The notes under the pieces are model-generated. The model did not search any database. It worked only from the letters and a program-made list of their open reading frames with translations, and was not told the DNA's origin. A stretch of 54,108 bases of DNA from an uncultured Bacilli bacterium. GTDB lineage: Bacteria > Bacillota_I > Bacilli_A > RF39 > UBA660. Position 1 is the stretch's first letter; the number at the start of each line of letters is the position of its first letter. Below, piece after piece: positions 1 to 11,461 of the stretch. The DNA lies in contig CANRQD010000001.1 of assembly GCA_947632685.1 (NCBI GenBank), positions 1 to 54,108 on the forward strand. Reading direction: 5' to 3'. A program made the translations under genes and the position numbers.

Positions 1-1577
<1,577 letters not shown>

Positions 1578-1589
1578 GAGGTAAGGAAT

Positions 1590-4031
1590 ATGGATAAATT
1601 AGAACAAAATAATATTGTAAATGAAGTAAAAGATTCTTTTTTGGAATATTCAATGAGTGTAATTGTAGCACGTGCTTTACCTGATTTAAGAGATGGTCTA
1701 AAACCTGTACATAGACGTATTTTATATTCTATGTATGAGTCAGGATATACTCCAGATAAACCACATAAAAAAAGTGCTAGAATTGTGGGAGATGTTATGG
1801 GTAAATATCATCCTCATGGTGATTCTAGTATATATGAAGCAATGGTAAGAATGGCTCAAGACTTTTCATATCGTAATATGTTAGTAGATGGTCATGGTAA
1901 CTTTGGTAATATAGAAGGATATGGTGCAGCAGCAATGCGTTATACAGAATCACGTCTTTCTAAAATATCATTGCAATTATTAAGAGATATTAATAAAGAT
2001 ACAGTAGATTTTACACCAAATTTTGATGAAAGTGAAAAAGAACCAGTCATATTACCATCAAGATTTCCTAATATTTTAGTAAATGGTACTATGGGAATAG
2101 CTGTTGGAATGGCTACAAATATTCCTCCACATAATCTTGGTGAAGTAATAGATGGTTGTATTGCATATATAGATAATCCAGAAATTGATTTAGATGGATT
2201 AATGAAATATATAAAAGGTCCTGATTTTCCAACAGGTGCAACTATATTGGGTAATAGTGGTATCAGAAAGGCATATGAAACAGGTAAGGGAACTATTACC
2301 ATTAGAAGTAAAGCTAGAATAGAAGAAGAAAAAGGAAAGCATTATATTATTGTAGATGAAGTTCCATATGGAGTTAATACCTTAGAATTAAAAAATAAAG
2401 TAGCAGATTTAGTACATAATAAAGTAATTGATGGTATATCTGATTATCATACGGATTTAAAAGATGGAGTAAAAATTACTATTACGTTAAAAAAAGATGC
2501 TAATCCACAAGTTGTACTTAATAATTTATATAAACATACTGCTTTTCAAACAAGCTATGGAATAACTTTTTTAATGTTAGATCAAGGTGTTCCAAAGACA
2601 TTGGGATTAAAAGATATAATATCTAAATATATTGATTATCAAAAAGAAATAATAATAAGAAGAACTAAGTTTGATTTAAATAAAGATGAAGCTAGAGCAC
2701 ATATATTAGAAGGTTTAAAGATTGCATTAGATCATATTGATGAAATTATAAAATTGATAAGAGGATCAAAAAGTGATGAAATTGCAATGAATGGTTTAAT
2801 GTCTAATTATTCTTTAACTGAAAAACAAGCTCAGGCAATTCTTGAAATGAAATTAAGACGATTAACTGGCTTAGAAAGAGATAAAATAGAAAATGAATTA
2901 AAAGAATTATTAGAAGAAATTGAAAAATTAAAGGGTATATTAGCAAGTGATGAAAAAATATTGAATCTAATAAAAGAAGAAATGCTTGAAATAAAAGCAA
3001 AATTTGCAGATGAAAGACGTACTAATATTGATATGACAGCTATTGAATATATTGAAGATGAATCTTTAATACCAGTTGAAGATATTATAATTACACTTAC
3101 AAATAAAGGATATGTTAAACGTTTAAAATCTGATACATATAGAGCACAAAATAGAGGTGGAGTTGGTGTGAAAGGAATGTCTACTAATGAAGAAGATGTT
3201 GTAGAACATTTGTTATCAACCAAGACACATGATTATATATTATTTTTCTCTAATAAGGGAAGAGTTTATCGTTTAAAAGGTTATGAAATTCCAGAATTTG
3301 GAAGACAATCAAAAGGTTTGCCTATTATAAATTTATTATCATTAGATAAAGATGAGAACATACGTTCTATTATTTCAGTAAGTAATAATGATGAAATCTC
3401 TAAATATTTATTATTTACAACAAAAAAAGGTCTTGTTAAAAGAACTGAAATAAAAGAATTTGATAATATAAGAAAAGGTGGAAAAATAGCAATTTTATTG
3501 AAAGATAATGATGAATTAATCTCTGTTAAGAAAACAAGTGGTGAAGATGAAATTGTAATAGGTGCTAATAATGGAAGAATGGTAAGATTTGTGGAAACTG
3601 AAATAAGATCCATGGGAAGAAATACATCAGGAGTAAAAGGAATAGAATTAGGAGATTCAATCGTAGTAGGAAGTGCAGTATTAAAACCAGAACATTTAAT
3701 ATTAATTGTAACTGAAAATGGTTATGGTAAACAGTCATCAATTGAAGAATATAGATTAACTCATAGAGGAAGTAAAGGAGTTAAGGCATTAAATATAACA
3801 GAAAAAAATGGAATGATGGTTTCATTGAAATGTATAGATAAAAATGATATTGAACTAAAAGATATTATGATTATTACAAATAGTGGTATGATAATGAGAA
3901 TGCCTCTTTCTCAAATTTCAATTTTAAAACGTGCAACACAAGGTGTAAGATTAATTAATTTAAAAGAAAATCAAAAAGTTTCTACAATAGCAATAGTTGA
4001 TAAAGAAAATGAAAGTGAAAGTGAAACGTAA
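1590..4031 (+). CDS. gyrA: DNA gyrase subunit A
   Basis: 813 aa. Contains [13 protein letters not shown] and the AAMRYTE active-site Tyr motif, plus C-terminal repeated beta-pinwheel blades. A GGAGG RBS precedes the ATG. Confidence 0.97.
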   Translation: MDKLEQNNIVNEVKDSFLEYSMSVIVARALPDLRDGLKPVHRRILYSMYESGYTPDKPHKKSARIVGDVMGKYHPHGDSSIYEAMVRMAQDFSYRNMLVDGHGNFGNIEGYGAAAMRYTESRLSKISLQLLRDINKDTVDFTPNFDESEKEPVILPSRFPNILVNGTMGIAVGMATNIPPHNLGEVIDGCIAYIDNPEIDLDGLMKYIKGPDFPTGATILGNSGIRKAYETGKGTITIRSKARIEEEKGKHYIIVDEVPYGVNTLELKNKVADLVHNKVIDGISDYHTDLKDGVKITITLKKDANPQVVLNNLYKHTAFQTSYGITFLMLDQGVPKTLGLKDIISKYIDYQKEIIIRRTKFDLNKDEARAHILEGLKIALDHIDEIIKLIRGSKSDEIAMNGLMSNYSLTEKQAQAILEMKLRRLTGLERDKIENELKELLEEIEKLKGILASDEKILNLIKEEMLEIKAKFADERRTNIDMTAIEYIEDESLIPVEDIIITLTNKGYVKRLKSDTYRAQNRGGVGVKGMSTNEEDVVEHLLSTKTHDYILFFSNKGRVYRLKGYEIPEFGRQSKGLPIINLLSLDKDENIRSIISVSNNDEISKYLLFTTKKGLVKRTEIKEFDNIRKGGKIAILLKDNDELISVKKTSGEDEIVIGANNGRMVRFVETEIRSMGRNTSGVKGIELGDSIVVGSAVLKPEHLILIVTENGYGKQSSIEEYRLTHRGSKGVKALNITEKNGMMVSLKCIDKNDIELKDIMIITNSGMIMRMPLSQISILKRATQGVRLINLKENQKVSTIAIVDKENESESET

Positions 4032-4062
4032 AAATCATAAAAAATATTAAAATATACAGATA

Positions 4063-4084
4063 AAATATTTCCCGGGAAATATTT
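4063..4084. terminator. Perfect 22-bp palindrome after gyrA stop; possible hairpin terminator
   Basis: The sequence AAATATTTCCCGGGAAATATTT is self-complementary. No strong T tract follows, so terminator function is uncertain. Confidence 0.3.
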
Positions 4085-4092
4085 GTAACTAA

Positions 4093-4143
4093 GTTTCACG
4101 TGAAACATATAAATAAATTTAAAATACTTGTTTCACGTGAAAC
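4093..4143. promoter_or_regulatory. Two identical 14-bp palindromes GTTTCACGTGAAAC; candidate dimeric regulator operators
   Basis: Copies lie at 4093-4106 and 4130-4143, with centres 37 bp apart. They sit just upstream of the SRP RNA promoter. Neither is followed by a T tract. Confidence 0.4.
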
Positions 4144-4154
4144 ATTAAAAAAAC

Positions 4155-4183
4155 TTGTAATTTTATATAAAATATAATAGAAT
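4155..4183 (+). promoter_or_regulatory. Sigma-A-like promoter for the SRP RNA
   Basis: TTGTAA (4155-4160), a 17-nt spacer, then TAGAAT (4178-4183). This places the transcription start near 4189-4191, at the start of the SRP RNA closing stem. Confidence 0.4.
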
Positions 4184-4187
4184 TAAA

Positions 4188-4264
4188 ACGTGCAATAAGT
4201 GCATTGGAACCAAGTCAGAATCGGAAGATAGCAGCTTTAACAATTAACACTTATGTGCACTTTT
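4188..4264 (+). ncRNA. ffs: Small (4.5S-type) signal recognition particle RNA
   Basis: GUCAGAAUCGGAAGAUAGCAGC matches the conserved SRP domain IV (GUCAGGUCCGGAAGGAAGCAGC, GGAA tetraloop). A long closing stem pairs GUGCAAUAAGUG with CACUUAUGUGCAC, and a T-rich tail follows. The position next to tadA/dnaX matches Firmicute synteny. Confidence 0.7.
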
Positions 4265-4280
4265 ATTTTTGGAGATAAAT

Positions 4281-4724
4281 ATGAAAAAAATATATATGGA
4301 AATAGCTATAAAAGAAGCAATGAAATCATTTAATAAAAATGAAGTTCCTGTGGGATGTGTTATAGTAAAAAATAATAAAATAATTGCTAAAGCTCATAAT
4401 TTAAAAGAAAAAAAACGTAGTGTAATATACCACGCTGAATTAATTGCAATAGAAAAAGCTTCTAAAAAATTGAAAAATTGGAGGCTGAACGATTGTGAAA
4501 TCTATGTAACTCTTCAACCATGCCCAATGTGCTCAAGTGCTATAAAACAAGCTAGAATATCTAAAGTATATTATGGAGTTGAAAATAAAAATAATAATAT
4601 AAGCAATGAAATTTTTGAAAAAAAAGATAATAATGCATCAATAACAACTATTAAAAAAATTTGTGAAAATGATTGTAAAAAAATTATCATGAAATTCTTT
4701 GAAAATAAACGAAAAATGCAATAG
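4281..4724 (+). CDS. tadA: tRNA-specific adenosine deaminase
   Basis: CMP/dCMP deaminase zinc motifs HAELIAIEKA and PCPMCSSAI are present. I place the start at ATG 4281 behind a GGAG RBS. The track ORF starts at an upstream TTG (4269). Confidence 0.9.
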   Translation: MKKIYMEIAIKEAMKSFNKNEVPVGCVIVKNNKIIAKAHNLKEKKRSVIYHAELIAIEKASKKLKNWRLNDCEIYVTLQPCPMCSSAIKQARISKVYYGVENKNNNISNEIFEKKDNNASITTIKKICENDCKKIIMKFFENKRKMQ

Positions 4725-4760
4725 TTGTGGTATAATATATATAGAAAAGTGGTGGATTAT

Positions 4761-6464
4761 ATGTATCAAGCTTTATATAGAAAATATCGACCAAAAAGTT
4801 TTGATGATGTTATAGGACAAGATTTTGTTATTAAAACTTTAAAAAATTCAATAATAAACAATAAAATTAGTCATGCATATATGTTTTTTGGACCTAGAGG
4901 AATAGGAAAAACAACAATAGCAAAAATATTATCAAGAACTGTTAATTGTGAAAATCCTCAAAATGGTAATATGTGTGGAAAATGTGAAAGTTGTTTAAAA
5001 TCTTTAAATAGTGTTGATATTGTTGAAATAGATGCTGCTTCAAATAATGGTGTTGATGAAATACGAGAAATAAGAAATAAAGTTAATATTGTTCCGAGTG
5101 AGCTTAAATATAAAGTATATATAATAGACGAAGTGCATATGTTAACGACTGGAGCATTTAATGCTTTATTAAAAACTTTAGAAGAACCGCCAAATTATGT
5201 TATTTTTATACTAGCAACAACTGATCCACAAAAAGTTTCTGATACTATTATTTCACGATGTCAATGTTATTCATTTAAAAGAATAAGTGTAAAGAATATA
5301 GTATTAAAATTATCAGAAATATGTGAAAAAGAAAAAATAACTGTAGATGAAAAAGTATTAAATATGATAGCTGAAAACTCAGATGGTGGTTTAAGAGATT
5401 CATTAGGAATATTAGACAAATTATCTTCATATAAAACAGATAAAATTACAGTAGAAGATTATTATGATATCAATGATATGATTACGGAAAATGAATTAAA
5501 TTCATTTAAGAATAGTATTTTATCATTTGATAATAATGAAATAATACAAAAAATTAAAAAATATAGCGATGATGGAAAAAATTTAATTGAAATCATTAAA
5601 CAATTATTGATATTATTGCGTAATGATTTAGTTGATTATTATATAAATAATAATGTTGATAAAAAGTTAATAGTTAATTCACAAGATTTAGCAAATTTAA
5701 TTAACGAAAAAATGTTCGATATTAAGAAGAGTGGTAATCCAAAAATTTTCATTGAAATTATGCTATTAAATTATGTAAATATACATAAAAATATTTCCCA
5801 GGAAATAAATTATTTCCCAAATAATGAAAATATTGAAACTGAAAAAGTAAAAGTGGATAAAAATTTATCTGATACCACAAAACAACAGGAAAAAAATAAT
5901 ATTATTAAACATGAAACTATAAAAGATAGTAATAAAGAAGAAATATATAGTGTTAATACTGAAAAAAACAAAGAAGTAGAATTGATAAACACATCTAATA
6001 TATTAGAAATAAATGAAATTAGAATTAATAATGTATTAGCAACAGCAAATAAACAAGAAAAAAATAATGATTTAAAATTAATTGAATCATTAAATGATTA
6101 CGTATTTGATCAAAAAATTGGATATATTATTTCTGAAATATTAAATGCAAACTTAGAAGCATCTAGTTCTGAATCAATTATTCTAAGTTATGAATATGAC
6201 TCAGTCGTTAATACAAATCTAAATAATATAGAAAACATAACTAAAATATATAATGATAAAACAAAATCAAATAAAAAAATAGCTATTATTAGTAAAGATA
6301 ATTGGAATAAAATAAAAAAAGAATATATTAATAATACTAAAAATGGTAAAAAATATGATATTATAGAAGAACCTGAGTTAATTATAAATAAAACTCAGAA
6401 TAATGAATCTAATGAACAGGATAATCCATTGGATTTATTTAAAGAAATAATAGAAATAGAATAG
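4761..6464 (+). CDS. dnaX: DNA polymerase III subunit gamma/tau
   Basis: Begins MYQALYRKYRPKSF, with Walker A GPRGIGKTT and a Zn module CGKCESC. I place the start at ATG 4761, downstream of an extended -10 (TGGTATAAT, 4728-4736). The C-terminal half is N/K/E-rich and low complexity. Confidence 0.9.
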   Translation: MYQALYRKYRPKSFDDVIGQDFVIKTLKNSIINNKISHAYMFFGPRGIGKTTIAKILSRTVNCENPQNGNMCGKCESCLKSLNSVDIVEIDAASNNGVDEIREIRNKVNIVPSELKYKVYIIDEVHMLTTGAFNALLKTLEEPPNYVIFILATTDPQKVSDTIISRCQCYSFKRISVKNIVLKLSEICEKEKITVDEKVLNMIAENSDGGLRDSLGILDKLSSYKTDKITVEDYYDINDMITENELNSFKNSILSFDNNEIIQKIKKYSDDGKNLIEIIKQLLILLRNDLVDYYINNNVDKKLIVNSQDLANLINEKMFDIKKSGNPKIFIEIMLLNYVNIHKNISQEINYFPNNENIETEKVKVDKNLSDTTKQQEKNNIIKHETIKDSNKEEIYSVNTEKNKEVELINTSNILEINEIRINNVLATANKQEKNNDLKLIESLNDYVFDQKIGYIISEILNANLEASSSESIILSYEYDSVVNTNLNNIENITKIYNDKTKSNKKIAIISKDNWNKIKKEYINNTKNGKKYDIIEEPELIINKTQNNESNEQDNPLDLFKEIIEIE

Positions 6465-6477
6465 AGGAGGAATATAT

Positions 6478-6777
6478 ATGAATATGCAAGCTTTAATGAA
6501 ACAAGCTCAAAAATTACAAAAAGATATGTTAGCAGCAAAGGATGAAATTGATAATACGTTGTTTATAGGTGAAAATTCTTTAGTTAAGGTAACTATGAAA
6601 GGAACACGTGAAATTACAAAAGTAGAAATTAATGCAGAAGATTCTTTAGATAAAGAAGATATTGAAATGTTACAAGATATGATATTAGTTGCTGTTAATG
6701 AAGCATTAAGTAAAATTGATAAAATTACAGAAGAAAAAATGGGAAAATATGGTAATGCAATGCCAGGATTATTTTAA
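6478..6777 (+). CDS. ybaB: YbaB/EbfC nucleoid-associated protein
   Basis: 99 aa, MQALMKQAQKLQKDM..., ending in the typical MPGLF tail. It lies between dnaX and recR. Confidence 0.9.
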   Translation: MNMQALMKQAQKLQKDMLAAKDEIDNTLFIGENSLVKVTMKGTREITKVEINAEDSLDKEDIEMLQDMILVAVNEALSKIDKITEEKMGKYGNAMPGLF

Positions 6778-6779
6778 TT

Positions 6780-7376
6780 ATGATACCAGAAAGTTTAAAT
6801 AATTTAATAGAATCGTTTAAGCTATTACCAGGAATAGGTAGTAAAACTGCCGAAAGATTGGCTTTCTTTGTGATTGATATGGAACAAGAAAATGCAAATT
6901 TTTTTGCAGATAGTATAATTAATGTAAAAAATAATATTAAACATTGTAGTATTTGTAATAGTTTAACAGATGATGATGTTTGTTCTATATGTAATGATAA
7001 TCTTAGAAATAATGATATTTTATGTGTACTTGATGATCCTAAAAATGTATTTTTATTTGAAAAAATGAAAATATTTAATGGAAAATATCATGTACTTAAT
7101 GGACTTATCTCACCATTAGATGGGATAAATCCAGAAGATATTGGAATTAATAAATTACTTGATAGAATAAAAAACGAAAAATATAAAGAAATCTTATTTG
7201 CTTTAAGACCTAGTATTGAAGGAGAAACAACATCACTATATATAAAAAAAATATTGGATGGAAGTAATATAAAAATAACTAGATTAGCAAGTGGAGTACC
7301 TATGGGTGCAGATATGGAATATATTGATGAATTAACTTTGGAAAGAGCTTTAGTAGATAGAAAAGAAATAGAATAA
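6780..7376 (+). CDS. recR: Recombination protein RecR
   Basis: Contains the LPGIGSKTAERLAF helix-hairpin-helix, a C4 zinc finger CSICNSLTDDDVCSIC, and a Toprim region. Confidence 0.95.
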   Translation: MIPESLNNLIESFKLLPGIGSKTAERLAFFVIDMEQENANFFADSIINVKNNIKHCSICNSLTDDDVCSICNDNLRNNDILCVLDDPKNVFLFEKMKIFNGKYHVLNGLISPLDGINPEDIGINKLLDRIKNEKYKEILFALRPSIEGETTSLYIKKILDGSNIKITRLASGVPMGADMEYIDELTLERALVDRKEIE

Positions 7377-7419
7377 AAAATATATTTTTTCATATTTTAT
7401 ATTAAGGAGATGGACAAAT

Positions 7420-7605
7420 ATGAAAAAAATATTATATTTTCTAAAAAGAGTGATATTAAGTTTTATAATTTTATATAGTTATAATTTGATAGCTGCAAAT
7501 TTTAATATGATAATTCCAATTAATGTGATTACAGTAGGTTTAATAACAGTTTTAGGTGTACCATCTTTAATTGCTTTATTGATTATTAAAATAGTAGTTT
7601 TGTAA
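7420..7605 (+). CDS. bofA: BofA-like inhibitor of pro-sigma-K processing (small membrane protein)
   Basis: 61 aa with 2 TM helices. The C-terminal IPINVITVGLITVLGVPSLIALLIIKIVV resembles B. subtilis BofA (VPINLVTTAISGFLGIPGIAALVVIK, recalled from memory). Its position after recR is syntenic. Confidence 0.6.
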   Translation: MKKILYFLKRVILSFIILYSYNLIAANFNMIIPINVITVGLITVLGVPSLIALLIIKIVVL

Positions 7606-7622
7606 GATTGTGAGGTGATGTT

Positions 7623-8453
7623 TTGAATATTTTTTCAACTCAAGAAAAAGTATGTAATTTTCTTGAAAAAACAATTAAAGAAAATAAAAAAATATCACAC
7701 GCATATTTAATTGAAACGAATGGATATAATAATTATTTAGATTTTATAAAATATATGATTAAATTAATATTATGTTCTGATATAAGTGATGAAAATCAAA
7801 AAACAAGAATTTGTAATGCAATTGATAATGATAATTATCCAGATATAAAATATATTTATCCAGATGGAAATTATATAAAAAAAGAACAACTTCTAAACTT
7901 AGAAAAAGAATTTTCAAAAAAATCAATGTTAAATAATAAATTAATATATGTTATAAATGAAGCTGAAAAGTTAAATGATTCATCTGCTAATACTATTTTA
8001 AAATTTTTAGAAGAGCCAGAAGAAAATATTATAGGAATAATAGTTACTACTAATAGATATAAAGTAATTGATACGGTAGTATCAAGATGTCAGGTAATAT
8101 CTTTAACCAATTATAATATACAAATTAATTTAGATGAATATGTAGAAAAATTTTTAAATGATTTAATAGTAACTAAAAAATTAATTATAAATTATGATTT
8201 ATATTTAGAAAATTTATTTATAGATAGGAAAAATGCATTAAATAATTTAGAAAAAATAGAATTAGTCTTTTTTCAATATTTAAATGGTGTTTCTTTACCT
8301 GAAACAATAGAAAAGTTGCTTTTTAATGAAAAAATGGATAAAATAATTAATTATATTTTAGTAATTAATAATTCCAAAAATAAATTAGAATATAATTTAA
8401 ATATTAAACTATGGTTTATGGATTTAATTGTTAATTTATTAGAGGTGAAGTAG
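7623..8453 (+). CDS. holB: DNA polymerase III delta' subunit
   Basis: TTG start behind a GAGGTG RBS. Contains SHAYLI, ANTILKFLEEP and SRCQ motifs typical of HolB. Confidence 0.8.
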   Translation: MNIFSTQEKVCNFLEKTIKENKKISHAYLIETNGYNNYLDFIKYMIKLILCSDISDENQKTRICNAIDNDNYPDIKYIYPDGNYIKKEQLLNLEKEFSKKSMLNNKLIYVINEAEKLNDSSANTILKFLEEPEENIIGIIVTTNRYKVIDTVVSRCQVISLTNYNIQINLDEYVEKFLNDLIVTKKLIINYDLYLENLFIDRKNALNNLEKIELVFFQYLNGVSLPETIEKLLFNEKMDKIINYILVINNSKNKLEYNLNIKLWFMDLIVNLLEVK

Positions 8454-8455
8454 AA

Positions 8456-9238
8456 ATGTATGATGTAATAGGTGTTAAATTTGATTTATCAAATAATATA
8501 TATTTTTTTGAAGTAAATAATTTATCTTTAAATAAAGGTGACAAAGTTATAGTTGAGTCAGAAAATATATTAGATTTAGGTATTTGTGTAACAAATATAA
8601 AAAATGAATCAAAAGATAATTTAATTTTTCCTCTAAAAAAGGTTATTAGAAAAGTTACTAAAAAGGATATAGATATACATAATAAAAATAAAGAAGAAGC
8701 GTCTGAAGCGTTAAAATATGCAAAAAAATGTGCAAAAAATATAAAATTACCAATGAATTTTGTATCAGCATATTATACATATGATAAAAATCAATTATAT
8801 TTTAACTTTACATCTGATGAAAGAGTTGATTTCAGGGAATTAGCAAAAAAATTAGCTCAAAGATTTAAAACTCGTATAGAATTAAGACAAATTGGTGTAA
8901 GAGATAAAGCCAAATTAATCGGTGGAATTGGACCTTGTGGTTTATTTTTATGTTGTAATACTTTTTTAACTGATTTTAATAGTGTATCTATAAATATGGC
9001 AAAAAATCAATTTTTGGCATTAAATCCTTCAAAAATAAATGGTGTATGTGGTAGATTATTATGCTGTTTAAATTATGAAGATGATATTTATACTCAAATA
9101 AAGAAAGATTTACCTAAAGTAGGATCTACAATAACAACAGAAAATGGTACTGGTAAAGTAATTTCAGTAAATATATTTAATAAAAGTTATAAGCTAGAAT
9201 TAGATAAATTTAATATTGTGGAAGAGTTTATAAAATAA
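8456..9238 (+). CDS. yaaT: PSP1-domain protein (YaaT/RicT, stage 0 sporulation / RNase Y regulator complex)
   Basis: Has the PSP1 C-terminal cysteine cluster GPCGLFLCC...CGRLLCCLNYE. It is syntenic after holB. Confidence 0.8.
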   Translation: MYDVIGVKFDLSNNIYFFEVNNLSLNKGDKVIVESENILDLGICVTNIKNESKDNLIFPLKKVIRKVTKKDIDIHNKNKEEASEALKYAKKCAKNIKLPMNFVSAYYTYDKNQLYFNFTSDERVDFRELAKKLAQRFKTRIELRQIGVRDKAKLIGGIGPCGLFLCCNTFLTDFNSVSINMAKNQFLALNPSKINGVCGRLLCCLNYEDDIYTQIKKDLPKVGSTITTENGTGKVISVNIFNKSYKLELDKFNIVEEFIK

Positions 9239-9239
9239 T

Positions 9240-9974
9240 ATGGAAGTACTAAATGATTTGTTAGGATATAAAAATAGAAAAATATATCAAAATACCGATT
9301 GGTTTTCTTTTACCTTAGATAGTGTTTTATTAGCGAATTTTGTAGTTATATCAAAAAGAACAAAACAAATATTGGATATTGGTACTGGAACTGGTGCTAT
9401 ACCTCTTATATTATCAACAAAAACTAATTTAGTAATAGATGCAATAGAAATCCAAAAATCAGTAGCTGAATTATTTAAAAAATCAATTAAATATAATAAA
9501 TTAGATAATCAAATAAATTTAATTGTTAATGATATATTAAATTATTCAAAAAATAAAAATAATTATTATGATATAGTAATATCTAATCCACCTTATTATA
9601 GTGAAACTACTATAAATAATGTAAATGAAAAAACAATTGCGCGACATGAAATAAATTTAAATTTAGAAAAATTAATAAAAGTCAGTAAAAAGATTTTAAA
9701 GGACAATGGAAAATTATATTTAGTTTATAATAGTGATAGATTTATTGAATTAATTAGTCAATTATCTAAAAATAATTTTGTTATTAAAAGAATTAGATTT
9801 GTACATAAAAGTTTAGAAAAAGAAGGAAGTATGGTATTAGTTGAGTGTACAAAAAATGGTAAACCTGGATTAAAAATAGAAAAGCCTTTTATTTTAAATA
9901 TTGATAATAAAAAAACATTGGAATATGAAAATATTTTAAATGGTGGTGATTGTAATGAGTCAAAAGAGCTATGA
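9240..9974 (+). CDS. SAM-dependent methyltransferase, YabB/TrmN6-like (tRNA m6A37)
   Basis: Contains the SAM-binding DIGTGTGAIPL and the NPPYY catalytic motif. It is syntenic with B. subtilis yabB. Confidence 0.7.
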   Translation: MEVLNDLLGYKNRKIYQNTDWFSFTLDSVLLANFVVISKRTKQILDIGTGTGAIPLILSTKTNLVIDAIEIQKSVAELFKKSIKYNKLDNQINLIVNDILNYSKNKNNYYDIVISNPPYYSETTINNVNEKTIARHEINLNLEKLIKVSKKILKDNGKLYLVYNSDRFIELISQLSKNNFVIKRIRFVHKSLEKEGSMVLVECTKNGKPGLKIEKPFILNIDNKKTLEYENILNGGDCNESKEL

Positions 9975-10797
9975 TAATAATAAATCTAATTTATATTTAA
10001 TACCAACACCTATAGGTAATCTAGAAGATATTACGATTAGGTCTTTAAAATTATTAGCAGATGTTGATTTAATTCTATGTGAAGATACAAGGGTTACAGG
10101 AAATTTATTAAAAAAATATAAAATTAAAAAAAAATTAATAAGTTGTTATGAATATAATGAAGATAAAGTAAAAAATGATGTTATAAAATTTTTAAATGAA
10201 GGTAAAAATATTGGTCTTGTTACTGATCAAGGTACACCTATAATAAGTGATCCTGGATTTAAAGTTGTTTTGGAAACTATAAATAATGGCTTTAATGTAA
10301 TAGGCTTACCTGGAGCGACTGCCTTTGTTCCTGCACTAATATCATCAGGTATTTTTCCATCAAAATTTTTATTTTATGGTTTTTTAAATGCTAAAAATAA
10401 TAAACAACTTGATGAACTTAATTTATTAAAGAATATTCCATATACAATTATTTTTTATGAAGCACCACATCGTATAATTAATACATTAAACAATATAAAG
10501 AAAGTAATGGGTAATAGAAATGTATGTATTGCACGAGAAATATCTAAGTTGTATGAAGAAATATATCGTGGTAGTATTGAAGATGTTATATTAGAACTTG
10601 AAAATGTAAAAGGAGAAATAGTTTTAATAGTAGAAGGTAATACTATAAAGGAGGATTATTCTAATATATCAATTTTGGAGCATATAAATTTATATTTAGA
10701 AGATGGTATGTCTGAAAAAGAAGCTATAAAATTAGTTGCAAAAGAACGTAATGTAGCTAAATCAATTATATATAAAGAATATCATCAAAAAAAATAA
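9955..10797 (+). CDS. rsmI: 16S rRNA (cytidine1402-2'-O)-methyltransferase
   Basis: LYLIPTPIGNLEDIT, CEDTR and the tetrapyrrole-methylase fold are present. I place the start at ATG 9955. The track ORF starts earlier at 9940. Confidence 0.9.
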   Translation: MSQKSYDNNKSNLYLIPTPIGNLEDITIRSLKLLADVDLILCEDTRVTGNLLKKYKIKKKLISCYEYNEDKVKNDVIKFLNEGKNIGLVTDQGTPIISDPGFKVVLETINNGFNVIGLPGATAFVPALISSGIFPSKFLFYGFLNAKNNKQLDELNLLKNIPYTIIFYEAPHRIINTLNNIKKVMGNRNVCIAREISKLYEEIYRGSIEDVILELENVKGEIVLIVEGNTIKEDYSNISILEHINLYLEDGMSEKEAIKLVAKERNVAKSIIYKEYHQKK

Positions 10798-10890
10798 AAA
10801 TGTAAGACTGACATAACTAATAAAAATAGTAAAGGAAGGAGTTTCTAATATATGTGAAAATTTACAGATATTAGATTATCGTGATATAAA

Positions 10891-11457
10891 ATGAAATTAA
10901 TAGTAGGTTTAGGAAATCCAGGTAAAGAATATGAAAATACTAGACATAATATAGGTTTTAATTTTCTAGATAACTATGTTAATGAAAAAAATTTAGGTGA
11001 TTATAAATCAAAATATAATGGATTATATATAAAAACAAAATTATTTGAAACTGATGTTATATTTTTAAAACCTCAATCATTTATAAATTTATCAGGAGAA
11101 ATTGTAAGAAAATACATAGATTTTTATAAAATATGTATTGATGATATCTTAGTTATTAGTGATGATTTAGATTTATCAATAGGTAATTTAAAGCTAAAAT
11201 CAACAGGTAGTAGTGGGGGACATAATGGTTTAAAGAATATTGAAAAATGTCTAGGTACTAATAATTATAAAAGATTGAAAATAGGTATATCAAATAATAA
11301 AAATATAGATACAAAAGATTATGTGTTAGGAAAAATAAAAGATGAAGATAAAAGTAAATTTGATTCTATTAAAAAAACTGTTAATAATATAATAGATGAT
11401 TTTTTTAATTTACCTTTTTCAGAGTTAATGAATAAATACAATCGAAAAAATAGGTGA
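10891..11457 (+). CDS. pth: Peptidyl-tRNA hydrolase
   Basis: MKLIVGLGNPGKEYENTRHNIGF and GGHNGLKNI motifs. Confidence 0.95.
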   Translation: MKLIVGLGNPGKEYENTRHNIGFNFLDNYVNEKNLGDYKSKYNGLYIKTKLFETDVIFLKPQSFINLSGEIVRKYIDFYKICIDDILVISDDLDLSIGNLKLKSTGSSGGHNGLKNIEKCLGTNNYKRLKIGISNNKNIDTKDYVLGKIKDEDKSKFDSIKKTVNNIIDDFFNLPFSELMNKYNRKNR

Positions 11458-11461
11458 TTAT

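Noticed and set aside
1940-3613. Minus-strand track ORFs inside gyrA (1940..2302, 2803..3000, 2831..3223, 3281..3613)
   Set aside because: They lie fully antisense to a strongly supported gene. Their products are low-complexity and hydrophobic (I/L/F/S-rich), as expected from the reverse complement of AT-rich K/E/N codons. They have no RBS.
5780-6120. N/K/E-rich low-complexity stretch in dnaX, considered as a possible insertion or separate gene
   Set aside because: It is in frame and continuous with dnaX and has no flanking repeats. Variable linker regions between tau domains III and IV are common in AT-rich Firmicutes.
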